A stretch of 64,000 bases of DNA from Nitrospirota bacterium (GTDB lineage Bacteria > Nitrospirota > UBA9217): assembly GCA_963845065.1 (NCBI GenBank), contig CAWJQQ010000008.1, positions 288,001 to 352,000 on the forward strand, read 5' to 3'. The notes under the pieces were generated by a model. It saw only the letters and a program-made list of their open reading frames with translations. It was not told the origin of the DNA and searched no databases. The position numbers were made by a program, and so were the translations under genes. Shown piece by piece: positions 1-10,610 of the stretch (positions within the stretch are counted from its first letter, which is position 1; each line of letters starts with the position of its first letter).

Positions 1-28
1 TATTTTTGGGATCACGAACCTGTATCAT
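1..28 (-). CDS. 5' end of a gene running off the left edge (MIQVRDPKN...)
   Basis: ATG at 28-26 on the minus strand, preceded by GGAGG; only 9 codons are visible. Confidence 0.45.
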
Positions 29-258
29 AGTGAACCTCCCCTCCATAAAATAGGAGTTATATGCTCTGATTATATTATACATCTGGGAGTATAACTGGGA
101 TCAACTCTTTATTGTAAACTCTGGAGGCATAAAGATTTTGCATGAAGATTGTGTCCATCGAACACACCTATCCAGTTTTTATATGGATGATTGAGATTCC
201 CTCCAGAACTCAAATCTGCACTCCGCAATGGGTTTATCCGTGGTACAATATTCTTGAA

Positions 259-2100
259 ATGACCCTCAAAGAAAAACTTCAGAACCTCCCAAACGAGCCG
301 GGAGTTTATATGATGAAGGACAGCCGGGGACACATTATCTACATAGGCAAGGCCGTGTCTCTCTGGAACCGAGTGAATTCCTATTTTCAAAAAGGGACGA
401 AGGGAGAGAAGACCGAGATCATGGTGCGCCAAATTGCGGACCTCGAGACCATCGTGACGCATACCGAACTCGAGGCCCTCGTCTTGGAATCCAATCTCAT
501 TAAAAAGCACCATCCCCGATACAACATCATCCTCCGCGACGACAAAAACTATCCTTACCTCCGTTTCGACATCAAGGCCGACTATCCGCAGCTCGAAGTT
601 GTCCGACGATTGAAAAAAGACGGGGCAACGTATTACGGGCCCTACGTCCCCGCAGGTGGCATGTGGGAGACCCTTGCACTCATCCGCCGGACCTTTCCGC
701 TAGCCTCGTGCAGGAAAGAACTGGGAAAGAAGCCGGAGCGTGTCTGCGTCCAGTTCCAGATCGGACGGTGCCTGGGGCCGTGCACGGGCGAAGTTGACAA
801 GGCTGCGTATTCCGATGTCGTTTCCCAGGTCCGGTTCTTCCTAGAAGGCAAGAACCGCGACCTCCTCGACATGCTGAAGCACCGTATGGAAGAAGCGTCG
901 GAAAAGACGGAGTACGAGCGTGCTGCGGAGCTCAGAGACCGGATAACAAAGATCGAAGGGGCCTTCGAGAAGCAAAAGATGATTTCCCCGGGATTCGAGA
1001 ACCAGGACGTGATCGGCATCGCGTCCGAGGCCGGCCGCGCGGACATTCAGATTCTTTTCATCAGGAACGGCATGATGCTCGGCAGGAAGGATTTCTATCT
1101 CGATGATGTGCGCGGTTTCGCGGATGATGATATCCTCGCCGACTTTCTGCATCAGTTTTACGCCAAGGAGATGATCATTCCTGCAGAAGTCCTGCTGTCT
1201 ACTGACGTGCCAGACCGCGAAGTGTTCGAGAACTGGCTCACCGAAAGACGTCGGAATGGCAAGGTTGATGTACAGGTTCCTCAGCGCGGTCGAAAGCGCG
1301 AGCTTGTCCAGATGGCATCGGACAATGCGGCGCAGTCACTACTTGAACATACACTTTCCCGGAGAAGCAAGGAGAAGATCCTAATGCGGCTCCAGGAGGA
1401 GTTAGGGCTCAGGAATTTGCCGCGCAGGATCGAAGCATTCGACATTTCGCAGATTCAGGGAACAGAAGCTGTTGCGAGCATGGTCAGCTTCGAGAACAAC
1501 CTCCCGGATAAACGGCATTACAAGCGGTTTAAAATAAAGACTGTGACTGCCCAAGACGATTTTGCGAGCATGGCAGAGGTGATTCGGCGGCGATATACGA
1601 GGGCTAAAGAGGAAGGAATACTTCCCGACCTCATCCTGATCGACGGAGGCAAAGGACAGCTTAATTCTGCTCTCGATGTCCTCAAGGAATTGGAAATTGT
1701 CGAGCCAGATGTGATCGGTCTTGCCAAAGCGCGGAGCGGTGACGAAGGCGCTGAACGGGAATTTGAAAGAGTATTTCTTCCGGGCGTTGAAGAACCTGTC
1801 ATTCTTGATCCCATGAGTGCCACCACCCACCTTGTAGCTCGTGTGCGAGATGAGGCGCACCGCTTTGCTATCACTTATCATCGCAAGCTCAGAGAGAAGC
1901 GGGCCGTGCATTCGGAGCTAGATGATATTCCCGGTATCGGAGAAACACGGAAAAAAGCGCTGCTTCGTTACTTTGGGAGCGTGGGGAAAATTAAGGTCGC
2001 GACAGTGGAGGAACTGGCTGCCGTTGCCGGGATGACAAGGAAGGCAGCGGATGAGATCGTATCCTGGATGAGCAAGCAGCAAAACGCACCTGATAACTAG
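259..2100 (+). CDS. uvrC: Excinuclease ABC subunit C
   Basis: GIY-YIG N-terminus (PGVYMMKD..IIYIGKA), UVR motif (YERAAELRD), RIEAFDIS and DGGKGQL RNase H-like motifs, C-terminal HhH. Start taken at MTLKEKL (259). Confidence 0.97.
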   Translation: MTLKEKLQNLPNEPGVYMMKDSRGHIIYIGKAVSLWNRVNSYFQKGTKGEKTEIMVRQIADLETIVTHTELEALVLESNLIKKHHPRYNIILRDDKNYPYLRFDIKADYPQLEVVRRLKKDGATYYGPYVPAGGMWETLALIRRTFPLASCRKELGKKPERVCVQFQIGRCLGPCTGEVDKAAYSDVVSQVRFFLEGKNRDLLDMLKHRMEEASEKTEYERAAELRDRITKIEGAFEKQKMISPGFENQDVIGIASEAGRADIQILFIRNGMMLGRKDFYLDDVRGFADDDILADFLHQFYAKEMIIPAEVLLSTDVPDREVFENWLTERRRNGKVDVQVPQRGRKRELVQMASDNAAQSLLEHTLSRRSKEKILMRLQEELGLRNLPRRIEAFDISQIQGTEAVASMVSFENNLPDKRHYKRFKIKTVTAQDDFASMAEVIRRRYTRAKEEGILPDLILIDGGKGQLNSALDVLKELEIVEPDVIGLAKARSGDEGAEREFERVFLPGVEEPVILDPMSATTHLVARVRDEAHRFAITYHRKLREKRAVHSELDDIPGIGETRKKALLRYFGSVGKIKVATVEELAAVAGMTRKAADEIVSWMSKQQNAPDN

Positions 2101-2183
2101 CTTGCCTGCTCTTACGCCCGTTATTTAGGAAAATCGCGAGGGAAACCCTGTATGCTTGGGGTGGAGCGTCACAAGGAGTTTTC

Positions 2184-3023
2184 ATGACTAACGAACAATG
2201 GCTGGACATTTTCAAGCAGATCGGGAAAAAAATGTGTGAAGGTATTTCTGCGACCCTAAACAAGAAAGGTGGCACGGTACCGTTGGGCAAGGGCGCGGGC
2301 GGTGACAAGACCTTTCCGGTGGATAAGTGGGCGGAGGACATCATCATCGCAGTGCTTGAGAGCGCGCACCGTGAAGGCGAGACCTTCACGCTTATTTCCG
2401 AGGAACTCGGCGTTAGGAAGTTCGGACAAGGCAATAAGATTGTTCTCGTTGATCCCATCGACGGAAGTAATAACGCAAAGAGCGGGATCCCATTTTTTTC
2501 TACATCGATGGCACTACTGAACAGCGACACACTGGATACACTTGCCGTGGGCTATGTGATCAACCTTGCGGCTGGCGATGAGTTCTGGGCTCTACGCGGA
2601 AACGGTGCATACAAAAATGGAGTGCGCATCAGGACTTCTGAAGTTGAGGGCATCGCGATCGTGGCATACGAGGCATCGTCACCGAAATCAGATCTACCAC
2701 GCCTCATGCCGCTACTTGCGCAAGCGAAGCGTACTCGTTGTTTTGGCTCTACGGCGCTCGACCTCGCTTACCTCGCTTCGGGAGCTATGAGCGTGTTTGC
2801 GACCGCTACGGCATCGCGTGCCTTTGATTACGCAGCCGGCATGCTGATTCTTGTTGAGGCGGGCGGTGTGATTACCGATCTTACCGGGGGAACGCTCGAC
2901 CGAGTTGTCGTTGGCCTTGAGCGGACTGCTCCGCTACTAGCAAGCAAGAACAAGGCAACCCACGTGATGGCGTTGAGCATGCTGCGCAGTCAAGATAATA
3001 AGTCCCCCAGTATTGACATGTAA
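2184..3023 (+). CDS. Inositol monophosphatase / bifunctional FBPase-IMPase family
   Basis: SEE and LVDPIDGSNN motifs, GSTALDLAYLASG, DYAAGMLILVEAGG. Confidence 0.9.
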   Translation: MTNEQWLDIFKQIGKKMCEGISATLNKKGGTVPLGKGAGGDKTFPVDKWAEDIIIAVLESAHREGETFTLISEELGVRKFGQGNKIVLVDPIDGSNNAKSGIPFFSTSMALLNSDTLDTLAVGYVINLAAGDEFWALRGNGAYKNGVRIRTSEVEGIAIVAYEASSPKSDLPRLMPLLAQAKRTRCFGSTALDLAYLASGAMSVFATATASRAFDYAAGMLILVEAGGVITDLTGGTLDRVVVGLERTAPLLASKNKATHVMALSMLRSQDNKSPSIDM

Positions 3024-3046
3024 TTCTTTTTATGTAATTATGAAGC

Positions 3047-3970
3047 ATGGCATTAGTTAACCACACCACGCGAGAGATTAACGCGAAGATCGTTTATTAC
3101 GGGCCCGGCCTTTGTGGTAAAACGACAAACATCCATCTGATCTATCACCGTATCGCTCCCACGCAACGCGGCAAACTGATTTCACTGGCCACGGAGACAG
3201 ACAGGACGCTGTTCTTCGATTTTCTGCCCGTTGAACTCGGAACCATCAAGAATTACAAGGTGCGGTTCCATCTCTATACAGTTCCGGGCCAGGTTTTTTA
3301 CAATGCTACCCGCAAACTCGTGCTGAAAGGCGCGGACGGCGTGATTTTTGTGATCGATTCCCAGCGCGCCATGGTGGACGCAAACCTCGAGAGCCTGACG
3401 AATCTGCGCGACAACTTTGCTGAGCAGGGTGTTAACTTGGCAGAGTTCCCCATGGTTATCCAGTACAACAAACGGGACCTGCCTGACATTCTTTCCGTCG
3501 AGGAGTTGAACGCTGTTATGAACCCGCGTAGAGTGCCGTTCTACGAAGCTATTGCAAAAACGGGTGAGGGCGTACTCAAAACGTTTACAGCGATATCAAA
3601 ACTGGTGCTTCAAGACCTGCAAAAATATCCTGAACGGCATAACTTCACTCTGAGTGATATCATGGGCAATTCCGTAACCAAGCAGGAGACGCCTCAGGAC
3701 ATTATGCGGGAAATGCCCTCAACCGAACCATCGATGCCCGGAGCTCCTATGGCTGAGGCAAAGCCGGAAATGGCGGCCCTGGAGCAGGCTGTTGATGCAG
3801 GGATGAAGGTAAATGTTGGTAAAGCGGTCATGGAAGATGGCCAAATCGTCCTTCCCTTTGATCTCATAACACGGGACCGTGAAGATCAGTACCAGCTTCG
3901 AGTTGCGATTGATATGGCGGCGCCCGTATCCAAGCGGTTCAGGATTATCGTGAAGAGTTTTAAAAAGTGA
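3047..3970 (+). CDS. mglA: MglA-like small GTPase with a C-terminal extension
   Basis: KIVYYGPGLCGKTTN, DRTLFFDFLP, LYTVPGQVFYNATR, NKRD; about 110 extra C-terminal residues. Confidence 0.85.
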   Translation: MALVNHTTREINAKIVYYGPGLCGKTTNIHLIYHRIAPTQRGKLISLATETDRTLFFDFLPVELGTIKNYKVRFHLYTVPGQVFYNATRKLVLKGADGVIFVIDSQRAMVDANLESLTNLRDNFAEQGVNLAEFPMVIQYNKRDLPDILSVEELNAVMNPRRVPFYEAIAKTGEGVLKTFTAISKLVLQDLQKYPERHNFTLSDIMGNSVTKQETPQDIMREMPSTEPSMPGAPMAEAKPEMAALEQAVDAGMKVNVGKAVMEDGQIVLPFDLITRDREDQYQLRVAIDMAAPVSKRFRIIVKSFKK

Positions 3971-4073
3971 TCTGCTGACACAGACAAAATAATATTTTTG
4001 CCGACGAGTAAATACAGCGGGTTTAAGTCTAGTTAGTCTGAATATTGTGCAGTGAACTCGTAGTGAGGTTCCT

Positions 4074-4787
4074 ATGTCAAAAGTGACGGCACTCATTCCA
4101 GCGGCAGGCGTGGGAAAACGCATGGGCAAAGCCGTTGCGAAGCAATTCCTTCCGCTCGGCGATATGCCTATGCTCGCGCACACCCTCCTTGCATTTCAGC
4201 GGACCACCGAGGTTGACGAAGTCATCCCCATCCTTTCGCAGGAAGACATGGAAGGGTGTTTAAAGGACGTAATCGAACAGTTCCATATAACCAAAGTGCG
4301 GACACTCGTCGTCGGCGGCAAGGAACGGCAAGATTCTGTCGCTAACGGTCTCCATAAGCTGGAGAAGGACACGGCAATCGTGTTGGTTCACGATGCCGTA
4401 CGGCCTTTTGTGACTACTGAGATGATCAGGGAGTCGATTGATTATGCTAAAAAGGGCGAGTGTGTGGCCGTCGGGGTTCCACTCAAGGATACAGTCAAAG
4501 AGGTGAACGCTAAAAGAATGGTTGTTCAGACACTTGAGCGGAGCAGGCTGTGGGCCATACAGACGCCGCAGACATTTCCAGTGAAGGTTATAAAGCAGGC
4601 CTACGAGGCAGCGCAGAAACAGAATATGTATGGTACTGACGATGCTATGCTGGTTGAACGGGCCGGAAACCAGGTCCGTGTGATCATGGGGAGCTACGAG
4701 AATATCAAAATTACTACACCTGAAGATCTCCTGCTTGCGGAAGAGATCCTGAAGAGGAGGTATGATGCGGATCGGAATAGGGTATGA
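4074..4787 (+). CDS. ispD: 2-C-methyl-D-erythritol 4-phosphate cytidylyltransferase
   Basis: [42 protein letters not shown]. Confidence 0.96.
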   Translation: MSKVTALIPAAGVGKRMGKAVAKQFLPLGDMPMLAHTLLAFQRTTEVDEVIPILSQEDMEGCLKDVIEQFHITKVRTLVVGGKERQDSVANGLHKLEKDTAIVLVHDAVRPFVTTEMIRESIDYAKKGECVAVGVPLKDTVKEVNAKRMVVQTLERSRLWAIQTPQTFPVKVIKQAYEAAQKQNMYGTDDAMLVERAGNQVRVIMGSYENIKITTPEDLLLAEEILKRRYDADRNRV

Positions 4788-5241
4788 TGTCCACCGTCTC
4801 GTTTCGGGCCGAAAGCTCATGATCGGCGGTGTGGAAATCCCCTCTGAGGCGGGTCTGCTGGGCCATTCGGATGCGGACGTCCTGCTTCATGCTATTTGCG
4901 ATGCATTGCTAGGAGCCGCGTGTCTCGGTGACATCGGCAGGCACTTTCCGGACACGGCGCCAAAATACAAAGGAATTTCCAGCCTGGTTCTGCTTGAGGA
5001 AGTATACCGGCTCTTAGGGGAAGCGGGATTTGAAGTGAACAATATCGATGCCACAATTGTCGCGGACAAGCCGAAAATGGCTCCGCACATACGGGCGATG
5101 GTGGAAAATATCGCTGCGGTGGTCAAAACCGATTGGTCTGTGGTAAACGTGAAAGCCACGACAACGGAAGGACTCGGCTTCACGGGACGCGGCGAAGGGA
5201 TGGCGGCGTATGCGGTCTGCACAATCAAGAAATCGGCGTAA
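4762..5241 (+). CDS. ispF: 2-C-methyl-D-erythritol 2,4-cyclodiphosphate synthase
   Basis: [44 protein letters not shown]. Confidence 0.97.
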   Translation: MMRIGIGYDVHRLVSGRKLMIGGVEIPSEAGLLGHSDADVLLHAICDALLGAACLGDIGRHFPDTAPKYKGISSLVLLEEVYRLLGEAGFEVNNIDATIVADKPKMAPHIRAMVENIAAVVKTDWSVVNVKATTTEGLGFTGRGEGMAAYAVCTIKKSA

Positions 5242-5836
5242 TGACATTTGGTTCGGCTATATCATCGTAGCCTGTCTTTTGATTTTTGTCGTGCCGGCCT
5301 ATGCGCAGACAGGCGGACAGGCTGTCGAGCAGGATAAAGGGCAGGCGAAAGAACAGGAACAGGAGAAACACTTTCTCTACGAGTGGACCGATAGTAACGG
5401 AGGCGTACACATTACTGATCAGCCAGGTTCGGTCCCCGAACGATACCGCTCTACGGTTCGACAGGTGAAGGCCCCGCCTGAAGAAGAAACAGAGACAATT
5501 AAACAACGCAGTTTCCCGGATTCCGGACTTTCAGATAATGGCAGGAATGATTCAGATGGCAAGCAAGCCTGGCACCAGCGCATGCAGGAAGCAAAAAGGC
5601 ATCTCGCAGATCTCGAGCAGCAATACCAGGCGCTTGATCAAAAAAGGAACGAGGTGCTGGGAAGATGGGGAGGCATCGCATCCGGGCATCTTGAGGATAG
5701 AGAGGAAGCAGCTCGCATCGAGCAGGAGATGATACAAGTTCAGCAGGAGATCAGCGACACCCGGAACCAGGTTGAGGTTACGATCCCGGACGAAGCGCGC
5801 AAGGCGGGAATCCCCCCAGGATGGCTTAGGGAGTGA
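5210..5836 (+). CDS. Exported DUF4124-like protein with a coiled-coil C-terminus
   Basis: Signal-like segment ending [19 protein letters not shown] motif, C-terminal [13 protein letters not shown]; start uncertain. Confidence 0.7.
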   Translation: MRSAQSRNRRNDIWFGYIIVACLLIFVVPAYAQTGGQAVEQDKGQAKEQEQEKHFLYEWTDSNGGVHITDQPGSVPERYRSTVRQVKAPPEEETETIKQRSFPDSGLSDNGRNDSDGKQAWHQRMQEAKRHLADLEQQYQALDQKRNEVLGRWGGIASGHLEDREEAARIEQEMIQVQQEISDTRNQVEVTIPDEARKAGIPPGWLRE

Positions 5837-5939
5837 GGGCGGAATTGCACATTTCCGACTTTGGATCGCCAAATAACAGCGAAGTCAATTCCGTATTTTT
5901 TTGTCAGCTAGCTGCATCTCTCCTTTTAAAAATAATTAA

Positions 5940-6599
5940 ATGATCGAGATATTTCGCAAGATAAATAAAGATTTTCATGCCGCGCTTTCCATGGATCCTG
6001 CTGCAACGAGCAAGGTCGAAGTCGCCCTTACTTATGCGGGATTCCACGCCCTGTTGATCCATCGTTTGGCGCATTGGCTGCTAAAAAAAAGACTACCCTT
6101 TATCCCAAGGGCGCTTTCACAGTTTGCGCGTTTCCTAACCGGCATAGAAATCCATCCGGGAGCGATCATCGGATCAGGTCTGTTCATCGACCATGGCATG
6201 GGTGTGGTGATAGGAGAAACCACTGAAATCGGCGACAATGTCACTCTCTTCCAGGGCATCACTCTGGGAGGGACCGGTAAACAGCGGGGGAAACGTCATC
6301 CCACGTTAGGCAACCATGTTGTCGTCGGCGCCGGGGCTAAGGTGCTTGGCCCCATTAAGATAGGCGACTATGTCAAAATCGGCGCGAATTCGGTAGTGCT
6401 CCAGGACGTGCCTGACCACTCGACCGTGGTCGGCATACCGGGGCGGATCGTACGTATCAAAGACGAGCGAGTGCCTGATGAAGCGCTCCTGGATCATATC
6501 AACATACCTGACCCCATTGCTGATAGGCTTATCGACCTGCAGCTTCAGATTGACAAGTTGCAGAAGGATTTGGAGAGCATCATGAAGTTGAAGGGCTGA
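5940..6599 (+). CDS. cysE: Serine O-acetyltransferase
   Basis: [37 protein letters not shown] hexapeptide region. Confidence 0.95.
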   Translation: MIEIFRKINKDFHAALSMDPAATSKVEVALTYAGFHALLIHRLAHWLLKKRLPFIPRALSQFARFLTGIEIHPGAIIGSGLFIDHGMGVVIGETTEIGDNVTLFQGITLGGTGKQRGKRHPTLGNHVVVGAGAKVLGPIKIGDYVKIGANSVVLQDVPDHSTVVGIPGRIVRIKDERVPDEALLDHINIPDPIADRLIDLQLQIDKLQKDLESIMKLKG

Positions 6600-6656
6600 T
6601 AGAAGTTTATCATCCTTGATGAGAAAATGGTACGGATGCTAACTTGCTACTGCGAG

Positions 6657-7076
6657 TCATTCCTCCACGACTTTGTAGCTGTGCGTTATCGTTCCCGTCT
6701 TAGCGAGCGTTGCACCGACTGAACAATATTTTTCTAAGGACAGCTTGATCGCCCGTTCCACGGCTTCTTTCTCGACACCCTTGCCGCGGACCACATATTC
6801 GATATGAACTTCCTTGTACACATTTGGATAATCGTCGGTCTTTTCCCCCTTGACATTGATCTCAAGTCCGATGACGGGCTGACGTTTTTTCCGCAGTATT
6901 GATATTACATCCATACCCGAGCAACCGCCGAATCCGACAAGTAATAGTTCCATGGGCCGAAAACCGGTGTTGTGCCCCCCCGATACATCGTCTGCATCCA
7001 TGTTCAGTGTGTGTCCGGATGAGGCTTTTCCCGAAAAATGCATGTCATTAACAAGCGTTACTTTAGCTTCAACCAT
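6657..7076 (-). CDS. OsmC/YhfA family protein
   Basis: RPMELLL..GGCSGMDV and KYCSV motifs; AAGGAG RBS; start at 7076 or 7082. Confidence 0.88.
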   Translation of the reverse strand: MVEAKVTLVNDMHFSGKASSGHTLNMDADDVSGGHNTGFRPMELLLVGFGGCSGMDVISILRKKRQPVIGLEINVKGEKTDDYPNVYKEVHIEYVVRGKGVEKEAVERAIKLSLEKYCSVGATLAKTGTITHSYKVVEE

Positions 7077-7113
7077 GTTCATCCCACTCCTTAATAAATG
7101 AATTATTTCGTTC

Positions 7114-7142
7114 ATGATAGCAAAAGAGACGGACCGTGTCAA
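7114..7142 (-). promoter_or_regulatory. Sigma70-type promoter for the OsmC-family gene
   Basis: TTGACA-N17-TATCAT on the minus strand. Confidence 0.65.
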
Positions 7143-7679
7143 TGTCGGATGGAGCACGGCGGGCATTGAGCTCGACAATGTTTATCGTACCGCATAACTT
7201 TTCATGCTACAATTACACATTGTCTACAGAAAGCCCGGTTAACCTTGGGGAGTGGTCAGTATTTATAACTTTTAACTTGCAATTCACTGTAGCTTGATAC
7301 AGGGTCGCCGCATAGAGGGAAGAGTTTGAGAAACCTCAGGTTTCTTAATTGATAATCGTCTTCCTATTTATAGATACCACGCAGCTTGCTGAGTGGAGGT
7401 TCATTAGGTGTCTGTTGGGTTTTTTGCCTCTTATTATTATTTATACGAATATCGGATTAAAAATTGTGCTAACAGAGCATTATTTCATCTGAGATTTTGA
7501 TTCATAAATGGGTTATGATCAAGAGTTTAATTTATGCGCTGGCAGCTTATTTGCCCTAAAAAATAGGTTTTAATTTCATAAAGTAATTTAATGTAAGTTA
7601 TTGCATTTACACAATTGTTTTGCTAATATTCTAAACGGTTAAAATTATACACGGTTATGGTCCGATTAGTATTTTTTAT

Positions 7680-7708
7680 TTGACTAATCTCGTTGCTAAA
7701 CATACAAT
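7680..7708 (+). promoter_or_regulatory. Sigma70-type promoter upstream of dsrA
   Basis: TTGACT-N17-TACAAT in AT-rich DNA, about 300 nt before the dsrA start. Confidence 0.6.
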
Positions 7709-8011
7709 CTCTTGTCTCATTATGGCTTCAAAAGGATTCTAAATTTTTATCAGAAGTATGGTAAAAGATATAATTAACCGATTCACCCCGTTATACTATT
7801 TTAATTTTAATCCTTACATTTTATATAATTTATATTTTAGAAAGGGGGGCTCGCTATACCTTAACCGACAACGTGTTTTCCGCGGATTCCAGGAAACATT
7901 GGACAATGGTACCGGATAGCACGATTCTGTTAATTTGTGTTTAACAAAAGCATAAGCGTCCCAGAAACGGTTACATTTTGCATGATAATTCTATTAAGGA
8001 GGATTTCCTAA

Positions 8012-9190
8012 ATGAGCAATGATGGTAAAACACCGATGCTTGACGACCTCGAAAAAGGCACTTGGCCAAGTTTCGTAAAAGAAATCAAAAAGGCCGCTGT
8101 GAAAAGTAATACGGCGAAAGATCTGCTCAATATTTTGGAGCGATCATACCGAGATAGGGTGACCCACTGGAAGCATGGCGGTATCGTGGGTGTTCTCGGT
8201 TATGGCGGCGGCGTTATCGGCCGTTACTGTGATCTCCCGAACGAATACCCCGGTGTGGCTCATTTCCACACGGTCCGCGTCAACCAGCCGTCCGGATCCT
8301 ACTACACATCCAGCGCACTTCGTGAGATCATGGATATCTGGGACAAATATGGAAGCGGTCTGACCAACTTCCACGGATCCACGGGAGACATGGTGCTCCT
8401 CGGAACGCAGACTGATAAACTCGAACCAATCTTTGCCGAGCTTACTGCAAAGGGTTGGGATCTCGGCGGTTCCGGTTCCTGCCTCCGTACCCCAAGTTGC
8501 TGTGCCGGCATGTCCCGTTGCGAATTCGCTACCATCGATGCAATGCAAATATGCGATATCCTTACCCATAAGTTCCAGGATGAACTCCATCGTCCCGCAT
8601 TCCCCTACAAGTTCAAGATCAAGGTTTCCGGCTGCGCAAACGATTGCACTGCTGCCATTGCGCGTGCCGACATGTCAATCATTGGGACCTGGCGTGATAA
8701 TATCAGGATCGATCAGGCCGAGGTAAAGAAGTGCGCCAAGGACATGGACATCAAGACCGAAGTGATCGACACGTGTCCGACCAAGTGCATGAACTGGGAC
8801 GGCAGCACGCTCAAGATCAACGACAAGGACTGCAACCGCTGCATGCACTGCATCAACCGAATGCCCAAAGCCCTGCGCCCCGGCAAAGAGAAAGGCGCAA
8901 CCATCATGCTCGGCGGTAAAGCACCGATCGTGACTGGCGCACTCATGAGCTGGGTCATTGTTCCCTTCATGAAGCTGGAAGCCCCCTATGATAACCTCGA
9001 AGCCCTTATCCGCAAGCTTTGGGAATGGTGGGACGATCACGGAAAGAACCGCGAGCGTATCGGTGAGTTGGTAGACCGTTTGGGTATGAGATCTATGCTT
9101 GAAGCAACCGGCCTGCCACCCGTGCCGCAGATGGTGAAAGCCCCGAGGTCGAACCCGTATGTATTCTGGTCCCCGGAAGACGTGAAATAA
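8012..9190 (+). CDS. dsrA: Dissimilatory sulfite reductase alpha subunit
   Basis: TPMLDDLEKGTWPSFV, THWKHGGIVGV, siroheme-[4Fe-4S] motif (CAGMSRC...GCANDC), ferredoxin domain, RERIGE. Confidence 0.98.
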   Translation: MSNDGKTPMLDDLEKGTWPSFVKEIKKAAVKSNTAKDLLNILERSYRDRVTHWKHGGIVGVLGYGGGVIGRYCDLPNEYPGVAHFHTVRVNQPSGSYYTSSALREIMDIWDKYGSGLTNFHGSTGDMVLLGTQTDKLEPIFAELTAKGWDLGGSGSCLRTPSCCAGMSRCEFATIDAMQICDILTHKFQDELHRPAFPYKFKIKVSGCANDCTAAIARADMSIIGTWRDNIRIDQAEVKKCAKDMDIKTEVIDTCPTKCMNWDGSTLKINDKDCNRCMHCINRMPKALRPGKEKGATIMLGGKAPIVTGALMSWVIVPFMKLEAPYDNLEALIRKLWEWWDDHGKNRERIGELVDRLGMRSMLEATGLPPVPQMVKAPRSNPYVFWSPEDVK

Positions 9191-9211
9191 TCTTAAGGAG
9201 GATAACTTAAA

Positions 9212-10285
9212 ATGGCCGATAAACCTAAGAGAATAACCGATATTGGAGCTCCTCACTATGACAAATTTTTGCCTCCCGTGATCGCGAAGAACTACGGGAA
9301 GTGGAAGTATCATGAAATTATCGATAAAGGCACCATGAAACACGTATCCGAGACAGGCGAAGAACTTTATACCGTACGTATTGCAACGCCCCGTCTCGTC
9401 AGCAGCGATTATATCCGCGAAATGTGCAATTACGCTGATAAATTCAGCGGCGGCCACCTTCGCTGGACAACCCGTCATAACATCGAGTTTTTCCCAGCAA
9501 AGGATCAGGTAGAGGCGCTCAAGGCATCGCTCAAAAAGGAAGGACACCTCGTTGGCGGTATCGGCTACGGCATCAGCAACGTGGTGCATACCCAGGGCTG
9601 GATCCACTGCCACACCCCGGCAACGGACGCTTCCGGCGTGGTGAAGGCGGTAATGGATGAGCTGCATGAATACTTTACGACGAAGACCCTTCCGGCCCGC
9701 GTCAGGATCGCCCTGGCATGCTGCCTGAATATGTGCGGTGCCGTCCATTGCTCAGATATCGCGATCCTCGGCATTCACCGTAAGCCCCCGAAGATTAACG
9801 AAGCGACCATTGGTAACCAGTGCGAGATCCCTACGACTATCGCATCCTGCCCCACGGGCGCTATCAGCCCAAACCCGGCAGCGAAGTCGGTCAAGATCAA
9901 AGAAGAACGTTGCATGTATTGCGGTAACTGCTATACGATGTGCCCGTCATTGCCATTGGCTGATGCGACCGGCGATGGTATTTCCATCTATGTCGGCGGC
10001 AAGGTGTCCAATGCCCGCGGCGTGCCCCGCATGTCCAAGCTGGCCATTCCGTTCCTCCCGAACAACCCGCCCCGCTGGCCTGAAGTCGTAAAAGCCGTAA
10101 AGCACTTGGTGGAGGTCTACGCCAAGGATGCACAGAAGCATGAGCGCATGGGTGAGTGGATTGAGCGCATTGGTTGGGAGCGGTTCTTTAAACTGACCGG
10201 TATCGCATTTACGTATCAGCACATTGACGATTTCACCTTTGCTCGCGATACGTTCAGAATGACCCCATCCTTCAAGTGGGAATAA
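9212..10285 (+). CDS. dsrB: Dissimilatory sulfite reductase beta subunit
   Basis: [52 protein letters not shown]. Confidence 0.98.
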   Translation: MADKPKRITDIGAPHYDKFLPPVIAKNYGKWKYHEIIDKGTMKHVSETGEELYTVRIATPRLVSSDYIREMCNYADKFSGGHLRWTTRHNIEFFPAKDQVEALKASLKKEGHLVGGIGYGISNVVHTQGWIHCHTPATDASGVVKAVMDELHEYFTTKTLPARVRIALACCLNMCGAVHCSDIAILGIHRKPPKINEATIGNQCEIPTTIASCPTGAISPNPAAKSVKIKEERCMYCGNCYTMCPSLPLADATGDGISIYVGGKVSNARGVPRMSKLAIPFLPNNPPRWPEVVKAVKHLVEVYAKDAQKHERMGEWIERIGWERFFKLTGIAFTYQHIDDFTFARDTFRMTPSFKWE

Positions 10286-10308
10286 TTGTCTGAAAGGTGT
10301 ATTCTATT

Positions 10309-10341
10309 AATCCGGCCCTGGATTTACTCCGGGGCCGGATT
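10309..10341 (+). other. Strong intergenic hairpin between dsrB and dsrD
   Basis: AATCCGGCCCTGGA-tttac-TCCGGGGCCGGATT, a 14-bp stem with one G-U pair and no U-tract. Confidence 0.7.
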
Positions 10342-10373
10342 GACTGTTGTTACAACTTACCGGAGGGACGATT

Positions 10374-10610
10374 ATGGATGCTGTAGAACTGCAGAAAAAA
10401 GTGTATGAGCTGGTGCAAAAGAGCCAGGGTAAGAAAAAGCTGAAGCCCAAGGACATCAGCAATGCCATGGAGGCGGAAGGCGCGACCCAGGCTGAGGTTA
10501 AAGCCGCGCTCCGCGAGCTGATAGACGGCGGCAAGCTGGTATATTCCTACTTCGGCGGCACTGCTGTCGAAATCCCGCATACAGAGGGTTCGGCTAACCC
10601 GCAGTCATAA
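10374..10610 (+). CDS. dsrD: DsrD, winged-helix activator of DsrAB
   Basis: 78 aa directly after dsrB; KKKLKP..., VKAALRELIDGGKLVYSYFGG; GGAGG RBS. Confidence 0.88.
   Translation: MDAVELQKKVYELVQKSQGKKKLKPKDISNAMEAEGATQAEVKAALRELIDGGKLVYSYFGGTAVEIPHTEGSANPQS

Noticed and set aside
142..258. N-terminal extension of uvrC in the ORF track
   Set aside because: UvrC homology starts at MTLKEKL (259), and a TG-TACAAT -10 element lies within the extension
8675..9748. 357-aa minus-strand ORF and many similar antisense ORFs (e.g. 31920-32744, 34618-35658, 20702-21442)
   Set aside because: Shadow frames overlapping well-supported genes, with no recognisable motifs
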